A stretch of 64,000 nucleotides of DNA from an uncultured Eubacteriales bacterium (GTDB taxonomy: Bacteria; Bacillota; Clostridia; Christensenellales; CAG-314). Of the stretch, positions 1-9,115 are shown one piece after another (within the stretch, counting starts at the first letter, position 1; every line of letters starts with the position of its first letter). Made by a program: the position numbers and the translations under genes. A model generated the notes under the pieces. That model did not search any database, was not told where the DNA came from, and was given only the letters and a program-made list of their open reading frames with translations. The stretch lies in the NCBI GenBank assembly GCA_900544545.1, contig UQVY01000003.1, positions 81,655-145,654 of the forward strand. Direction: 5' to 3'.

Positions 1-2
1 CT

Positions 3-239
3 CCCAAGGCGGCGGTTCCCGCAGGAAAAGGAACGAAGATGGTTTCTCCTCTTCCCGGGGCCGTACTTAAATTCGTCGTTCCGAACGGAACGCGCGTCAA
101 GACGAACGACGTCGTTCTTATTATCGAAGCAATGAAAATGGAAAACGAGATCCGCGCTACGGCGGACGGAGTAATCACTTTTGCCGTAAATACCGGCGCG
201 ACGGTACAGAGCGGGGACGTATTGGCTTATATTGCCTGA
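3..239 (+). CDS. biotin carboxyl carrier / biotinyl domain protein (5' end cut by window edge)
   Basis: The frame is open from the window edge ([12 protein letters not shown] precedes the listed Met). It has an EAMKMENEI biotinyl-lysine (AMKM) motif and lies directly upstream of the decarboxylase beta and carboxyltransferase genes. Confidence 0.85.
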   Translation, partial: PKAAVPAGKGTKMVSPLPGAVLKFVVPNGTRVKTNDVVLIIEAMKMENEIRATADGVITFAVNTGATVQSGDVLAYIA

Positions 240-253
240 TTTCGGAGGGAACG

Positions 254-1420
254 ATGAACTTTCTCTATCTTGAAGGGTCGGGCATAATCGATTCTCTCGT
301 AAAGTTCTGGCAGGCTTCGGGTTTTGCCAACGGAGACTGGATGAATTACGTGATGATCGCCGTTGCCTGCGTGTTGCTTTATCTTGCCATAGGCAAGGGT
401 TGCGAACCCATGCTGCTTTTACCCATAGCGTTCGGAATGCTTCTCGTCAATCTTCCCTTAGGTCACGAGCTGCTTTTCGCCGAGCCCAAGGACGGAAACG
501 CGGGCGGTTTGCTTTGGTATTTCTATCGCGGAGTGGAATGGGTAATCTTCCCGCCGATCATTTTCCTCGGAATAGGCGTTATGACCGATTTCGGACCGCT
601 TATCGCCCGTCCGTCGAGTCTGCTTCTCGGGGCTGCGGCTCAGCTCGGTATTTTCATTACGTTTATGGGTGCGAAGGCTCTCGGATTCACGAATCAGGAA
701 GCCGCTTCGATAGGAATTATCGGCGGTGCGGACGGACCTACGGCTATTTATCTTACGTCCAAGCTTGCTCCGGATCTTCTTCCGGCGATAGCCATAGCGG
801 CGTACTCTTATATGGCTCTCATACCTATTATCCAGCCGCCCATTATGAAGCTTATAGTTCCGAAGAAGGAGCGGCTCATAAGAATGGAGCAGAAGCGCGT
901 GGTTTCCAAAAAGGAAAAGATTATTTTCCCGATAGCCGTAACCATAGTATGCGGATTGTTCCTTCCGGATGCGTTGCCGCTTCTCGGAATGCTTATGCTC
1001 GGAAATCTTATGCGTGAGAGCGGCGTAGTCGACAGACTTGCCAAGACTGCCGAAAACGGTCTTATGAACGTAATAACTATACTTCTCGGTCTGTCCGTAG
1101 GTTGTAAGGCTTACGGTCCCACCTTCCTTGCATGGAGCACGCTCAAGATAGTCCTTCTCGGACTCGTCGCGTTCAGTTTCGCGACGGTGGGCGGACTTCT
1201 TATCGGAAGGCTTATGTGCAAGATCACGAAGGGACAGATCAATCCGCTTATCGGCTCGGCAGGAGTTTCCGCCGTACCTATGGCGGCGAGAGTTTCCAAT
1301 AAAGTGGGTCAGGAATACGATCCGCAGAACTATTTGCTTATGCACGCAATGGGCCCCAACGTCGCGGGAGTTATCGGTTCCGCGGTAGCTGCGGGATTCC
1401 TGCTTGCACTGTTCGGTTAG
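254..1420 (+). CDS. oadB: Na+-translocating decarboxylase beta subunit (OadB/GcdB/MmdB family)
   Basis: 388-aa polytopic membrane ORF with family-typical [13 protein letters not shown] and [13 protein letters not shown] segments. GGAGGG lies before the ATG. It is flanked by the BCCP and carboxyltransferase genes. Confidence 0.9.
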   Translation: MNFLYLEGSGIIDSLVKFWQASGFANGDWMNYVMIAVACVLLYLAIGKGCEPMLLLPIAFGMLLVNLPLGHELLFAEPKDGNAGGLLWYFYRGVEWVIFPPIIFLGIGVMTDFGPLIARPSSLLLGAAAQLGIFITFMGAKALGFTNQEAASIGIIGGADGPTAIYLTSKLAPDLLPAIAIAAYSYMALIPIIQPPIMKLIVPKKERLIRMEQKRVVSKKEKIIFPIAVTIVCGLFLPDALPLLGMLMLGNLMRESGVVDRLAKTAENGLMNVITILLGLSVGCKAYGPTFLAWSTLKIVLLGLVAFSFATVGGLLIGRLMCKITKGQINPLIGSAGVSAVPMAARVSNKVGQEYDPQNYLLMHAMGPNVAGVIGSAVAAGFLLALFG

Positions 1421-1431
1421 GAGGATAATTT

Positions 1432-2841
1432 ATGGTAAAGATTACCGATACGATACTCAGGGACGCTCATCAGTCGCAGGCAGCCACGAGAATGCGTCTG
1501 GACGAAATGCTTCCCGTTGCGGATAAACTCGATAAAGCAGGCTATTACTCGCTCGAAGTATGGGGCGGAGCGACCTTCGATTCCTGCCTTCGTTTCCTTA
1601 ACGAAGATCCGTGGGAAAGGCTCCGCGCTTTGAGGAAGGCTATGCCCGATACAAAGCTTCAGATGCTTCTGCGCGGTCAGAACATTCTGGGCTACAGGAA
1701 CTACGCGGACGACGTGGTGGAAAAATTCGTAGAGCTTTCGTTCAAGAACGGAATCGATATAATCAGGGTTTTCGACGCGCTCAACGACCTCAGGAATTTA
1801 AAGACGGCCGTTGCCGCCTGCAAGAAATACGGAAAGATGTATCATAAGGACACTCCCTGCGAAACGGCTATCTGCTATACGACCAGCGAGTATCATACGA
1901 GAGAGTATTTCGTGAAGCTTGCCAAGGAGATGGAAAAAATGGGCGCGGATATAATCTGCGTCAAGGATATGGCGGGGCTTCTGCTTCCCTACGAGGCTTA
2001 CGAGCTTATAAAGGAGCTTAAAAAAGCCGTCAAGGTTCCTATTCATCTTCATACTCACAATACCGCGGGTACGGGCGATATGGTCAATCTCAAAGCCGTC
2101 GAAGCGGGCGTGGATATCGTGGATACGGCTCTTTCCGCTCTCGGAAACGGAACGAGCCAGCCGGCCACCGAACCCTTCGTCGCCTCTCTGAAAGGAACGA
2201 AGTACGATACCGGTCTCGACCTCGGGCTTCTCAGCGAAATCAACGAGCATTTCAAGAAGGTCGCGAAAAGGCTTACCGCGGACGGATTCCGTTCTCCCGA
2301 AATCCTTTCGGTGGACGTCCGCGCGCTTATCTATCAGGTTCCCGGCGGAATGATGAGCAACCTTCTCAGCCAGCTCAAACAGCAAGGCAAGGCGGAACTT
2401 TTCGGCGACGTGCTTGCCGAGGTTCCCAACGTAAGAAAGGACGTAGGTTTCCCGCCGCTCGTTACTCCCTCCAGCCAGATAGTGGGAACTCAGGCGGTTA
2501 TGAACGTACTTTCGGGCGAGAGATATAAGGTCTGCACGAAGGAATTCAAAGGACTTCTTCACGGCGACTACGGAAAGCTCCCCTGCGAACCCGATCCCGC
2601 TCTCGTAAAGAAGATTCTCGGTTCCTCCGAAAGGATAAATTACCGTCCCGCGGACGACCTTAAACCCGAGCTTGACAAGCTCCGCGAGGAAATGAAAGAG
2701 TATTACGAACAGGAGGAGGACGTACTTAGCTACGCGCTCTTCCCGCAGGTCGCGCTGAACTTCTTCAAGTACAGACAGATGCAGAAATACGGCGCGGACG
2801 TAAGCAAAACCGATAACGGCGGCAAAGTCGTTCCCGTGTAA
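1432..2841 (+). CDS. oadA: oxaloacetate decarboxylase alpha / pyruvate carboxylase subunit B-type carboxyltransferase (no fused biotinyl domain)
   Basis: The N-terminus ITDTILRDAHQSQAATRMR and the HLHTHNTAG metal-site motif are typical of the 5S/OadA carboxyltransferase. GGAGG RBS. At 469 aa it ends before any biotinyl domain, which matches the separate BCCP gene upstream. Confidence 0.9.
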   Translation: MVKITDTILRDAHQSQAATRMRLDEMLPVADKLDKAGYYSLEVWGGATFDSCLRFLNEDPWERLRALRKAMPDTKLQMLLRGQNILGYRNYADDVVEKFVELSFKNGIDIIRVFDALNDLRNLKTAVAACKKYGKMYHKDTPCETAICYTTSEYHTREYFVKLAKEMEKMGADIICVKDMAGLLLPYEAYELIKELKKAVKVPIHLHTHNTAGTGDMVNLKAVEAGVDIVDTALSALGNGTSQPATEPFVASLKGTKYDTGLDLGLLSEINEHFKKVAKRLTADGFRSPEILSVDVRALIYQVPGGMMSNLLSQLKQQGKAELFGDVLAEVPNVRKDVGFPPLVTPSSQIVGTQAVMNVLSGERYKVCTKEFKGLLHGDYGKLPCEPDPALVKKILGSSERINYRPADDLKPELDKLREEMKEYYEQEEDVLSYALFPQVALNFFKYRQMQKYGADVSKTDNGGKVVPV

Positions 2842-2859
2842 TAAAAACCGGACGCAATA

Positions 2860-2890
2860 AAGGGCGGTACCTCTGTATCGTCCTTTTTTT
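2860..2890 (+). terminator. intrinsic terminator after oadA
   Basis: AAGGGCG ...12-nt loop... CGTCCTT followed by T7. The stem is imperfect. Confidence 0.45.
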
Positions 2891-2933
2891 GTATTATTCG
2901 TGAAAGCCTTTCGGGAATTCGGGTAAAAAACGA

Positions 2934-2963
2934 TTGCCAAAAGTCTTTGCCGTGTGGTAAAAT
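2934..2963 (+). promoter_or_regulatory. sigma-70-like promoter for the surE operon
   Basis: TTGCCA - 18 nt - TGgTAAAAT (extended -10). Confidence 0.5.
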
Positions 2964-3033
2964 ATACGCGTACTTTATTTCGGATTGCGTAAGCCGTTTT
3001 GCTGCGGAATAGCGGCTGCGGCGCGGAGAAAAA

Positions 3034-3798
3034 ATGAAAATACTCATAACCAACGACGACGGAATCCATTCCGTCGGGATAAGAATGCTTGCGGACGCGC
3101 TTAAGGAGCAGGGGCACGAAGTTTCGGTATTCGCGCCGGCTTCGCAGAAATCCGCGTGCAGCCAGTCTCTTTCGGTGCATTCGGATTTCACCGTAAAAGA
3201 GCTTGAATGGGAAGGAATGAACAGAGTCGTAGCCGTGGACGGAACTCCGTCGGACTGCGTTAAATTCGCGCTGAAGTACGTCGGAATCAAGCCCGACCTC
3301 GTGGTTTCGGGGCCTAACGAAGGCTCCAATCTCGGGACGGACGTTATGTATTCGGGTACGGTCGCGGGAGCAATGGAGGGCGTTATCTGCGGATACAAAG
3401 CCATAGCGATTTCTCAGTGCGGGAAAAGCCATATAAGTCCCGAAAGGCTCATAAGATTTTTCATAAACAATTTCGATACGCTTCTGCGGTTTGAAAAGCA
3501 GGGAAGTATGCTCAACGTGAATTTTCCCGATACGGAGGAGGTTCTCGGCGTGAAGATAGCGAAAACGGGAATAATCTCTTACAGGGATTATTACGAAGTC
3601 AGGGAAACGGACGGAGTCAGGAGCTACCGTCTTAAAGGCAGTCCCGTGCTTAAAGAAGAAGACGACGAGGACTGCGACGTCAAATTTGCGCAGAGAGGCT
3701 ATATTACCGTTTCGCCGATAAAGATGGACAGGACGGATTACGACGAGCTTGAAAGGATGACGGGCGCGGAGAGGCTTTTCGGGACGGAGGATTTATGA
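3034..3798 (+). CDS. surE: 5'/3'-nucleotidase SurE
   Basis: MKILITNDDGIHSVGI N-terminal signature and a GPNEGSNLG.DVMYSGTVAGAMEG core. Confidence 0.9.
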   Translation: MKILITNDDGIHSVGIRMLADALKEQGHEVSVFAPASQKSACSQSLSVHSDFTVKELEWEGMNRVVAVDGTPSDCVKFALKYVGIKPDLVVSGPNEGSNLGTDVMYSGTVAGAMEGVICGYKAIAISQCGKSHISPERLIRFFINNFDTLLRFEKQGSMLNVNFPDTEEVLGVKIAKTGIISYRDYYEVRETDGVRSYRLKGSPVLKEEDDEDCDVKFAQRGYITVSPIKMDRTDYDELERMTGAERLFGTEDL

Positions 3799-5153
3799 CG
3801 GTCGCCGTTATAGGCGGAGGTCCGGCGGGAATGTCGGCTGCGATTTCGGCAGCGGAGGCGGGCGCGGAGGTCGTTCTTTTCGAGAAGAACGAAAAGCTCG
3901 GGAAGAAGCTGTACATCACGGGTAAGGGCCGCTGCAACGTTACCAATTCCGCCGAGGGCGAAGAATTCCTCTCGAAGGTCAACACCAATCCGAAATTCCT
4001 CTACGCCGCTCTGAGCGGATTTTCGTCTTCGGATACGGTCGGGCTTATGGAAAGCTCGGGCGTCAGACTCAGACTCGAAAGGGGCGGGAGATATTTCCCC
4101 GTTTCGGATAAAGCCAGCGACGTTACCAAGGCTCTTGCGAATAATATGAACAAAGCGGGCGTGAAGGTTCTGCTTTCGAGCGAGATTTCCGCCGTAAATA
4201 TCTGCGGAGGAAGGGTGGTTTCGGTGGTTTCGGACGGGAAGGTCTATCCCGTGGGCGCGCTTGTGGTCGCGACGGGCGGGGTCAGTTATCCGACTACGGG
4301 CAGTACGGGGAGCGGAGCCGCTTTTGCGAAAAGAGCGGGGCTTTCGGTCGTTCCGTTCAAGCCTTCGCTCTGCGGAATGATAACCGAGAAGGTCTTTCCG
4401 CTTATGGGACTTACGCTGAAGAACGTAAACGTAACGCTCTTCTCGGGCGGGAAGGAAAAGGCATCGGAATTCGGCGAGCTTCTCTTCACTCATACGGGAG
4501 TTTCCGGTCCGACGATTCTTTCGCTGTCCTCGGTCGCCTGTAAAACCGCCGCCGCGAGGAGTAAGAAGCAGTCCGAAAAGTCCGTAGGAGAGAAAGCCTC
4601 CACGACTGCGGAGGGAGAGATAAGTTTCGGGGCGGAGGATATCGGCGAAGGGATTTTCCCGCTCGAAAACTGCCGTATAAGCGTGGATTTAAAGCCCGCG
4701 CTTTCCGCGGAGGAGCTTGACGCGAGGATTCTGAGGGACTTTTCGCAGCAAAAGAACAAGATTCTCAGGAACGCGCTTTCGGGGCTTCTTCCGTCGGCAA
4801 TGGTTCCGGTTATAATCGAATACGCGGGGCTCGATTCCGAAGTCGAAGTCAATTCCGTAACGCGCGTGGAAAGAGCGAAGCTCGTCCGCGCTCTGAAGGA
4901 TTTCGGAATGAGCGTCAAGGGTTTGGAGCCGATAGAAAGCGCGATAGTTTCCTCGGGCGGGGTGTCCGTCGGGGAGATAAACGCTTCGACTATGGCTGCG
5001 AAGAAGATTCCGAATCTCTTTTTCGCGGGAGAAACGATTGACGTGGACGCTATGACGGGCGGCTTCAATATTCAGATAGCTCTTTCCACGGGAAGGCTTG
5101 CGGGGAAGAGCGCGGCTAAGCTCGTTGGAAAGGAGGACGGAGATTCCGAATGA
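3795..5153 (+). CDS. HI0933/YhiN(BaiN)-like FAD flavoprotein
   Basis: VAVIGGGPAGMSAA dinucleotide-binding motif followed by the GKGRCNVTN family motif. ATGA overlap with surE and with the next gene. Confidence 0.8.
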   Translation: MTVAVIGGGPAGMSAAISAAEAGAEVVLFEKNEKLGKKLYITGKGRCNVTNSAEGEEFLSKVNTNPKFLYAALSGFSSSDTVGLMESSGVRLRLERGGRYFPVSDKASDVTKALANNMNKAGVKVLLSSEISAVNICGGRVVSVVSDGKVYPVGALVVATGGVSYPTTGSTGSGAAFAKRAGLSVVPFKPSLCGMITEKVFPLMGLTLKNVNVTLFSGGKEKASEFGELLFTHTGVSGPTILSLSSVACKTAAARSKKQSEKSVGEKASTTAEGEISFGAEDIGEGIFPLENCRISVDLKPALSAEELDARILRDFSQQKNKILRNALSGLLPSAMVPVIIEYAGLDSEVEVNSVTRVERAKLVRALKDFGMSVKGLEPIESAIVSSGGVSVGEINASTMAAKKIPNLFFAGETIDVDAMTGGFNIQIALSTGRLAGKSAAKLVGKEDGDSE

Positions 5154-6166
5154 AGACCGTAAGAGGCGCGATAACCGCCGAGAACACCGAAAAAGACATT
5201 GCCGAAAAGACTCGGACGCTTCTGACCGAGATAATGAAAAGGAATTCGCTTTCGGTAAGCGACGCGGAAGCGATTATTTTCTCGACGACCGCTGATCTTA
5301 CCGCGTCCTACCCCGCGAAAGCCGCAAGACTTGCGGGATTTTCGGGTACGTCGCTTTTTTCGGTACTGGAGCCTCCGATAGAGGGTTCTCTTCCGAAGTG
5401 CATAAGGGTTCTCGTTTTTCTGAAGGAAGGCAAAGACGCGCCGAAATCCGTATATCTCGGCGAAGCGAGGATATTAAGACCTGATCTGGAGGCTTTTATG
5501 ATAAACATAGCGATCGACGGACCGTCGGGTGCGGGGAAAAGCACCGTTGCGAGGATTCTTGCGGAAAAGCTCGGGATAAGATATCTCGATACGGGCGCGA
5601 TGTACCGTGCGGTAGCCCTTTATATGCTGAATAAGGGAATAGACTGCTCGGACGCGGAATCCGTGAAGAAGATTCTTGCGGGCGCGGAGGTTTCCGTGCG
5701 GACGGCTGGCGGAGAGCAGCGGGTTTTCCTTAACGGAGAGGACGTTTCGGAAGAAATACGGAAACACGTCGTTTCCAAAGCCGCGAGCGACGTATCGGCT
5801 GTTCCGGAGGTAAGGCTCGCGATGGTCGGGCTTCAGAGGAAAGCCGCGTCCGAAGGGGATTGCGTGCTTGACGGACGGGACATAGGAACCTTCGTGCTTC
5901 CCGACGCCGCGATAAAGATTTTTCTGACCGCCGAGGCAGAAGAAAGAGCGAGGAGAAGGCATCTCGAGCTTAAAGACAAGGGACAGGAAATGCCCTACGA
6001 GGTCGTTCTCGAGGACATACGGACGAGGGACAAAAACGACTCGTCGAGGGCTTTCGCTCCGCTTAAACGCGCCGAGGACGCGATTCTTCTGGATACTACG
6101 GATATGACTGCGGAGGAAGCCGCGGAATTTATCGCTAAGGAATACTATCGTTTGAAGCGGGCTTGA
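5150..6166 (+). CDS. cmk: fusion protein: AroH-type chorismate mutase (N-terminal ~115 aa) + cytidylate kinase
   Basis: The N-terminus MKTVRGAITAENTEKDI...CIRVLVF...YLGEARILRPDL aligns by eye with Bacillus AroH. The C-terminal part has IAIDGPSGAGKSTVARILAEKLGIRYLDTGAMYRA (the Cmk P-loop). Confidence 0.85.
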   Translation: MKTVRGAITAENTEKDIAEKTRTLLTEIMKRNSLSVSDAEAIIFSTTADLTASYPAKAARLAGFSGTSLFSVLEPPIEGSLPKCIRVLVFLKEGKDAPKSVYLGEARILRPDLEAFMINIAIDGPSGAGKSTVARILAEKLGIRYLDTGAMYRAVALYMLNKGIDCSDAESVKKILAGAEVSVRTAGGEQRVFLNGEDVSEEIRKHVVSKAASDVSAVPEVRLAMVGLQRKAASEGDCVLDGRDIGTFVLPDAAIKIFLTAEAEERARRRHLELKDKGQEMPYEVVLEDIRTRDKNDSSRAFAPLKRAEDAILLDTTDMTAEEAAEFIAKEYYRLKRA

Positions 6167-6171
6167 CGGAT

Positions 6172-6972
6172 ATGGGATGGTTGCAGAGAAGAAAGGAGAA
6201 GAAAAAGAAGGCTCCGGATTATAAGTTCTTTTACTGGTTCGCGAAGGGCGTGCTCTGGCTTCCGTTGCGGCTTTTTTTCCGTACGAAGGTCTACGGCTGC
6301 CGGAAAATAGGCAAGCGCAAGGTCATCGTCGTTATGAACCACAAGTCCGCGATGGATCCGCTGCTTATGTCGCATTTCATCAGTCCGTCGATGAGTTTTA
6401 TAGCCAAGGAGGATCTTGCGAAGAACAAATTCGTTGAGCTTGTCCTTCGTCATCTTAACGTTATTTTCGTGCGGAGAGGCGAAGCCGATATGGGCGCGCT
6501 CGATCAGTCCTTCGACGTTCTCGAGAGCGGGAGGCCGCTCGCGCTTTTTCCCGAAGGCACGAGAAACAGGCAGAACGACGGTACGGTCAGACGCTTCAAG
6601 ACCGGGACGGCGTTTTTCGCTCTGGGAGCGCACGCTCCGATAATTCCCGTGGCCGTGGAGAAGTGCGCAAAAGCTGGCGTCAAGAACAGAATGATAATCG
6701 GTCCCGAATTCGATCTTTCGGAGTTTTACGACGACGAAAAGCAGCCGTCGAGGGACGCTCTTAAAAAGGCGACCGAGAAGATATACAGGCGGGTTACCGA
6801 GCTTAACGATATCTTTGCCGAATGCAAGGACGACGCGAGCGTGAAGAAGGCTCTTTCCGAGCTTGAAAAGAACCGTCCGGAAAGAGAAAGACGCCTCGAC
6901 GAACTCAGGGAAAAGCAGACTCTCGAGGTTCTCGAAGCGGCTATGAGGGAACTCGGCGAAAAGAAGGATTAA
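6172..6972 (+). CDS. plsC: 1-acyl-sn-glycerol-3-phosphate acyltransferase
   Basis: NHKSAMD (HX4D) and FPEGTRN acyltransferase motifs. I prefer the ATG at 6172 over the TTG at 6163 used by the ORF track. Confidence 0.85.
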   Translation: MGWLQRRKEKKKKAPDYKFFYWFAKGVLWLPLRLFFRTKVYGCRKIGKRKVIVVMNHKSAMDPLLMSHFISPSMSFIAKEDLAKNKFVELVLRHLNVIFVRRGEADMGALDQSFDVLESGRPLALFPEGTRNRQNDGTVRRFKTGTAFFALGAHAPIIPVAVEKCAKAGVKNRMIIGPEFDLSEFYDDEKQPSRDALKKATEKIYRRVTELNDIFAECKDDASVKKALSELEKNRPERERRLDELREKQTLEVLEAAMRELGEKKD

Positions 6973-7008
6973 GCGAAAAAAGGTAAAAGCGAAGGGCGGA
7001 TTAAGCGT

Positions 7009-9003
7009 ATGAAGGTCTATACTTACAGAAATAACGGTTTCTGCAACGGCGTTACGAGAGCCGTGGAGACCGCTCTCAATACCGAAGGCGACCGCATTTT
7101 TACCTACGGGCAGATCGTCCATAACAAGCACGTCGTCCGTATGCTCGAAGAAAAGGGCGTGGGCTGCGTAAACGACCTTTCCTCTCTCCGCGAAGGAGAC
7201 ACTCTCATAATCCGCGCTCACGGCGCGCCCGAACGGATTTTTGCCGAATGCAGGGAAAGAGGGATAAAGGTCGTCGATGCGACGTGCAGATACGTCCGTG
7301 CGATTCAGGAAAAGGCAGTGGATTATTACAGGCGCGGATATAAGATAGTCATCGTCGGGGACAAAAATCATCCGGAAGTCGTCGGAATCAACGGTTGGAT
7401 AAACGACGACGGATTATTAACCGACGGTGAAAGTTATGTGAAGGTTGAGAGTGAAAAAGCGTTGATTTTATTTCAAACGACCTTTATGGAGTCAAAAATC
7501 CAAAAAAGTTTGAAAAATATTGATACTAATAGCGTGAAATCGCTTGAGATTTTTAATTCAATTTGCTATACTACCAAAGATAGGCAAAGTTTTATCGATT
7601 TCGCAGTGCGCGTCAGCGATTGCGTCGTAGTCGTAGGCGACAGAGGGAGTTCCAATACCGGGAAGCTTTTGGAACTTGCAAGGAGCCGAGGCAAGGACGC
7701 GCTGCTTATAGAGGATCCTGACGAGATGGATACGGGTTTGCTTGTCGGCTATGAAAATATCAGTATAATTGCAGGTGCCTCAACTCCAAAAGAGTTAGGC
7801 GAGGAGGTTTTGTCTAAGATGTTCGTAAACGCAAAAGACGATGTGAATGAAGTTGTCGTTGACAACGAGGTAATGGATGCTGTTGAGAATAATGCAGCGG
7901 AGCAAACAAACGAAGGTAACGAGTTTACTCAGGCGGTCGAAAAGATTCCCACCAAGTATAAGCCTTTAAGGGCAGGTCAGAGAATCAAATGCACTGTTTC
8001 TCATATCGCCGAAGACGGCGTAAGCGTATCCTTCGGATCCAAGCGCGACGGTTTTATTCCCAACGACGAGATCGCTTCGGAAGGCGATATCGAAGAAATC
8101 AAGAAAGGAATGCAGATAGGCGATAGTCTCGAGGTCGTTGTTTTGTCTACGGATAAGAACGTCATTCTGTCTAAAAAACAGGTAGACGAAATCAATAAGT
8201 ATGACGCCATGATCGACGCCATCGAAGGCGGGGCGGAATTTTCCGCGACCGTCAACAAAGTCGTCAAGGGCGGTTTGCTTTCCAAGATCGGCAGCTACAT
8301 AGTATTCATTCCCGCTTCCCACATCAGAAACGGCTACGTCAAGAATCTCGACGCTTATAACGGAAAGACGCTTCGTCTGACTGCTCTTACCGTAGATAAG
8401 TCCAAGAAGAAGATAGTAGCGAGCCAGAAGGATATCCTTATCCGCGAGAAGCAGGAAAAGGAAGACAATTTCTGGAACAATATCGAAGTAGGCGAGATCG
8501 TCGAAGGAAAGGTTATGCGCTTTGCGTCCTTCGGCGCGTTCGTTAACGTAAGAGGCTTTGACTGTCTTGCGCACCTTTCCGACCTTTCGTGGAACAACAT
8601 AAAAGAGCCTGGCGAAGTTCTCGAGATCGGTAAGACCTACGAATTCGTGGTTCTGAAGCTCGACAGAGCGGCCAACAGAGTATCCGTCGGATATAAGCAG
8701 CTTCAGCCTCATCCGTGGCAGGTAGCCGCAGAGAAATTCGCTGTCGGTACCGTTCATCAGGGTAAGGTTGCGAGACTCGTTCCTTACGGAGCTTTCATCG
8801 AACTCGACAAGGGTATCGACGGTCTTCTTCATATCAGCAACGTATCGTGGGATTGGATTTCCGATATATCTCAGGTTCTTAAAGTCGGCGACGTCATCGA
8901 CGTACAGGTTATGGATTTCGACGGAGAGAACAAGCGTATCACGCTCTCGAGAAAGGCTACGATCGAACAGCCCACAATTGCGGTTGAAGAAGTGCGCAAA
9001 TAA
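7009..9003 (+). CDS. ispH: bifunctional 4-hydroxy-3-methylbut-2-enyl diphosphate reductase (IspH/LytB) / ribosomal protein S1 repeats
   Basis: The N-terminal half (GFCNGVTRAV, HNKHVV, GDKNHPEV) is IspH. The C-terminal half carries four S1 RNA-binding repeats (e.g. GKVMRFASFGAFV, GKVARLVPYGAFI). This fusion is well known in Clostridia. Confidence 0.9.
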   Translation: MKVYTYRNNGFCNGVTRAVETALNTEGDRIFTYGQIVHNKHVVRMLEEKGVGCVNDLSSLREGDTLIIRAHGAPERIFAECRERGIKVVDATCRYVRAIQEKAVDYYRRGYKIVIVGDKNHPEVVGINGWINDDGLLTDGESYVKVESEKALILFQTTFMESKIQKSLKNIDTNSVKSLEIFNSICYTTKDRQSFIDFAVRVSDCVVVVGDRGSSNTGKLLELARSRGKDALLIEDPDEMDTGLLVGYENISIIAGASTPKELGEEVLSKMFVNAKDDVNEVVVDNEVMDAVENNAAEQTNEGNEFTQAVEKIPTKYKPLRAGQRIKCTVSHIAEDGVSVSFGSKRDGFIPNDEIASEGDIEEIKKGMQIGDSLEVVVLSTDKNVILSKKQVDEINKYDAMIDAIEGGAEFSATVNKVVKGGLLSKIGSYIVFIPASHIRNGYVKNLDAYNGKTLRLTALTVDKSKKKIVASQKDILIREKQEKEDNFWNNIEVGEIVEGKVMRFASFGAFVNVRGFDCLAHLSDLSWNNIKEPGEVLEIGKTYEFVVLKLDRAANRVSVGYKQLQPHPWQVAAEKFAVGTVHQGKVARLVPYGAFIELDKGIDGLLHISNVSWDWISDISQVLKVGDVIDVQVMDFDGENKRITLSRKATIEQPTIAVEEVRK

Positions 9004-9021
9004 TATTTTTAAGGAAAACTG

Positions 9022-9050
9022 CCCGACGCAAAAAAGCGTCGGGTTTTTTT
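9022..9050 (+). terminator. intrinsic terminator after ispH/rpsA
   Basis: CCCGACGC AAAAAA GCGTCGGG followed by T7. Confidence 0.8.
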
Positions 9051-9115
9051 ATGTCTTTGCATAACCTCGGTGGACGGTAAGTATAATGTATAAGCAAATC
9101 TATCGAGGTGCAGAT

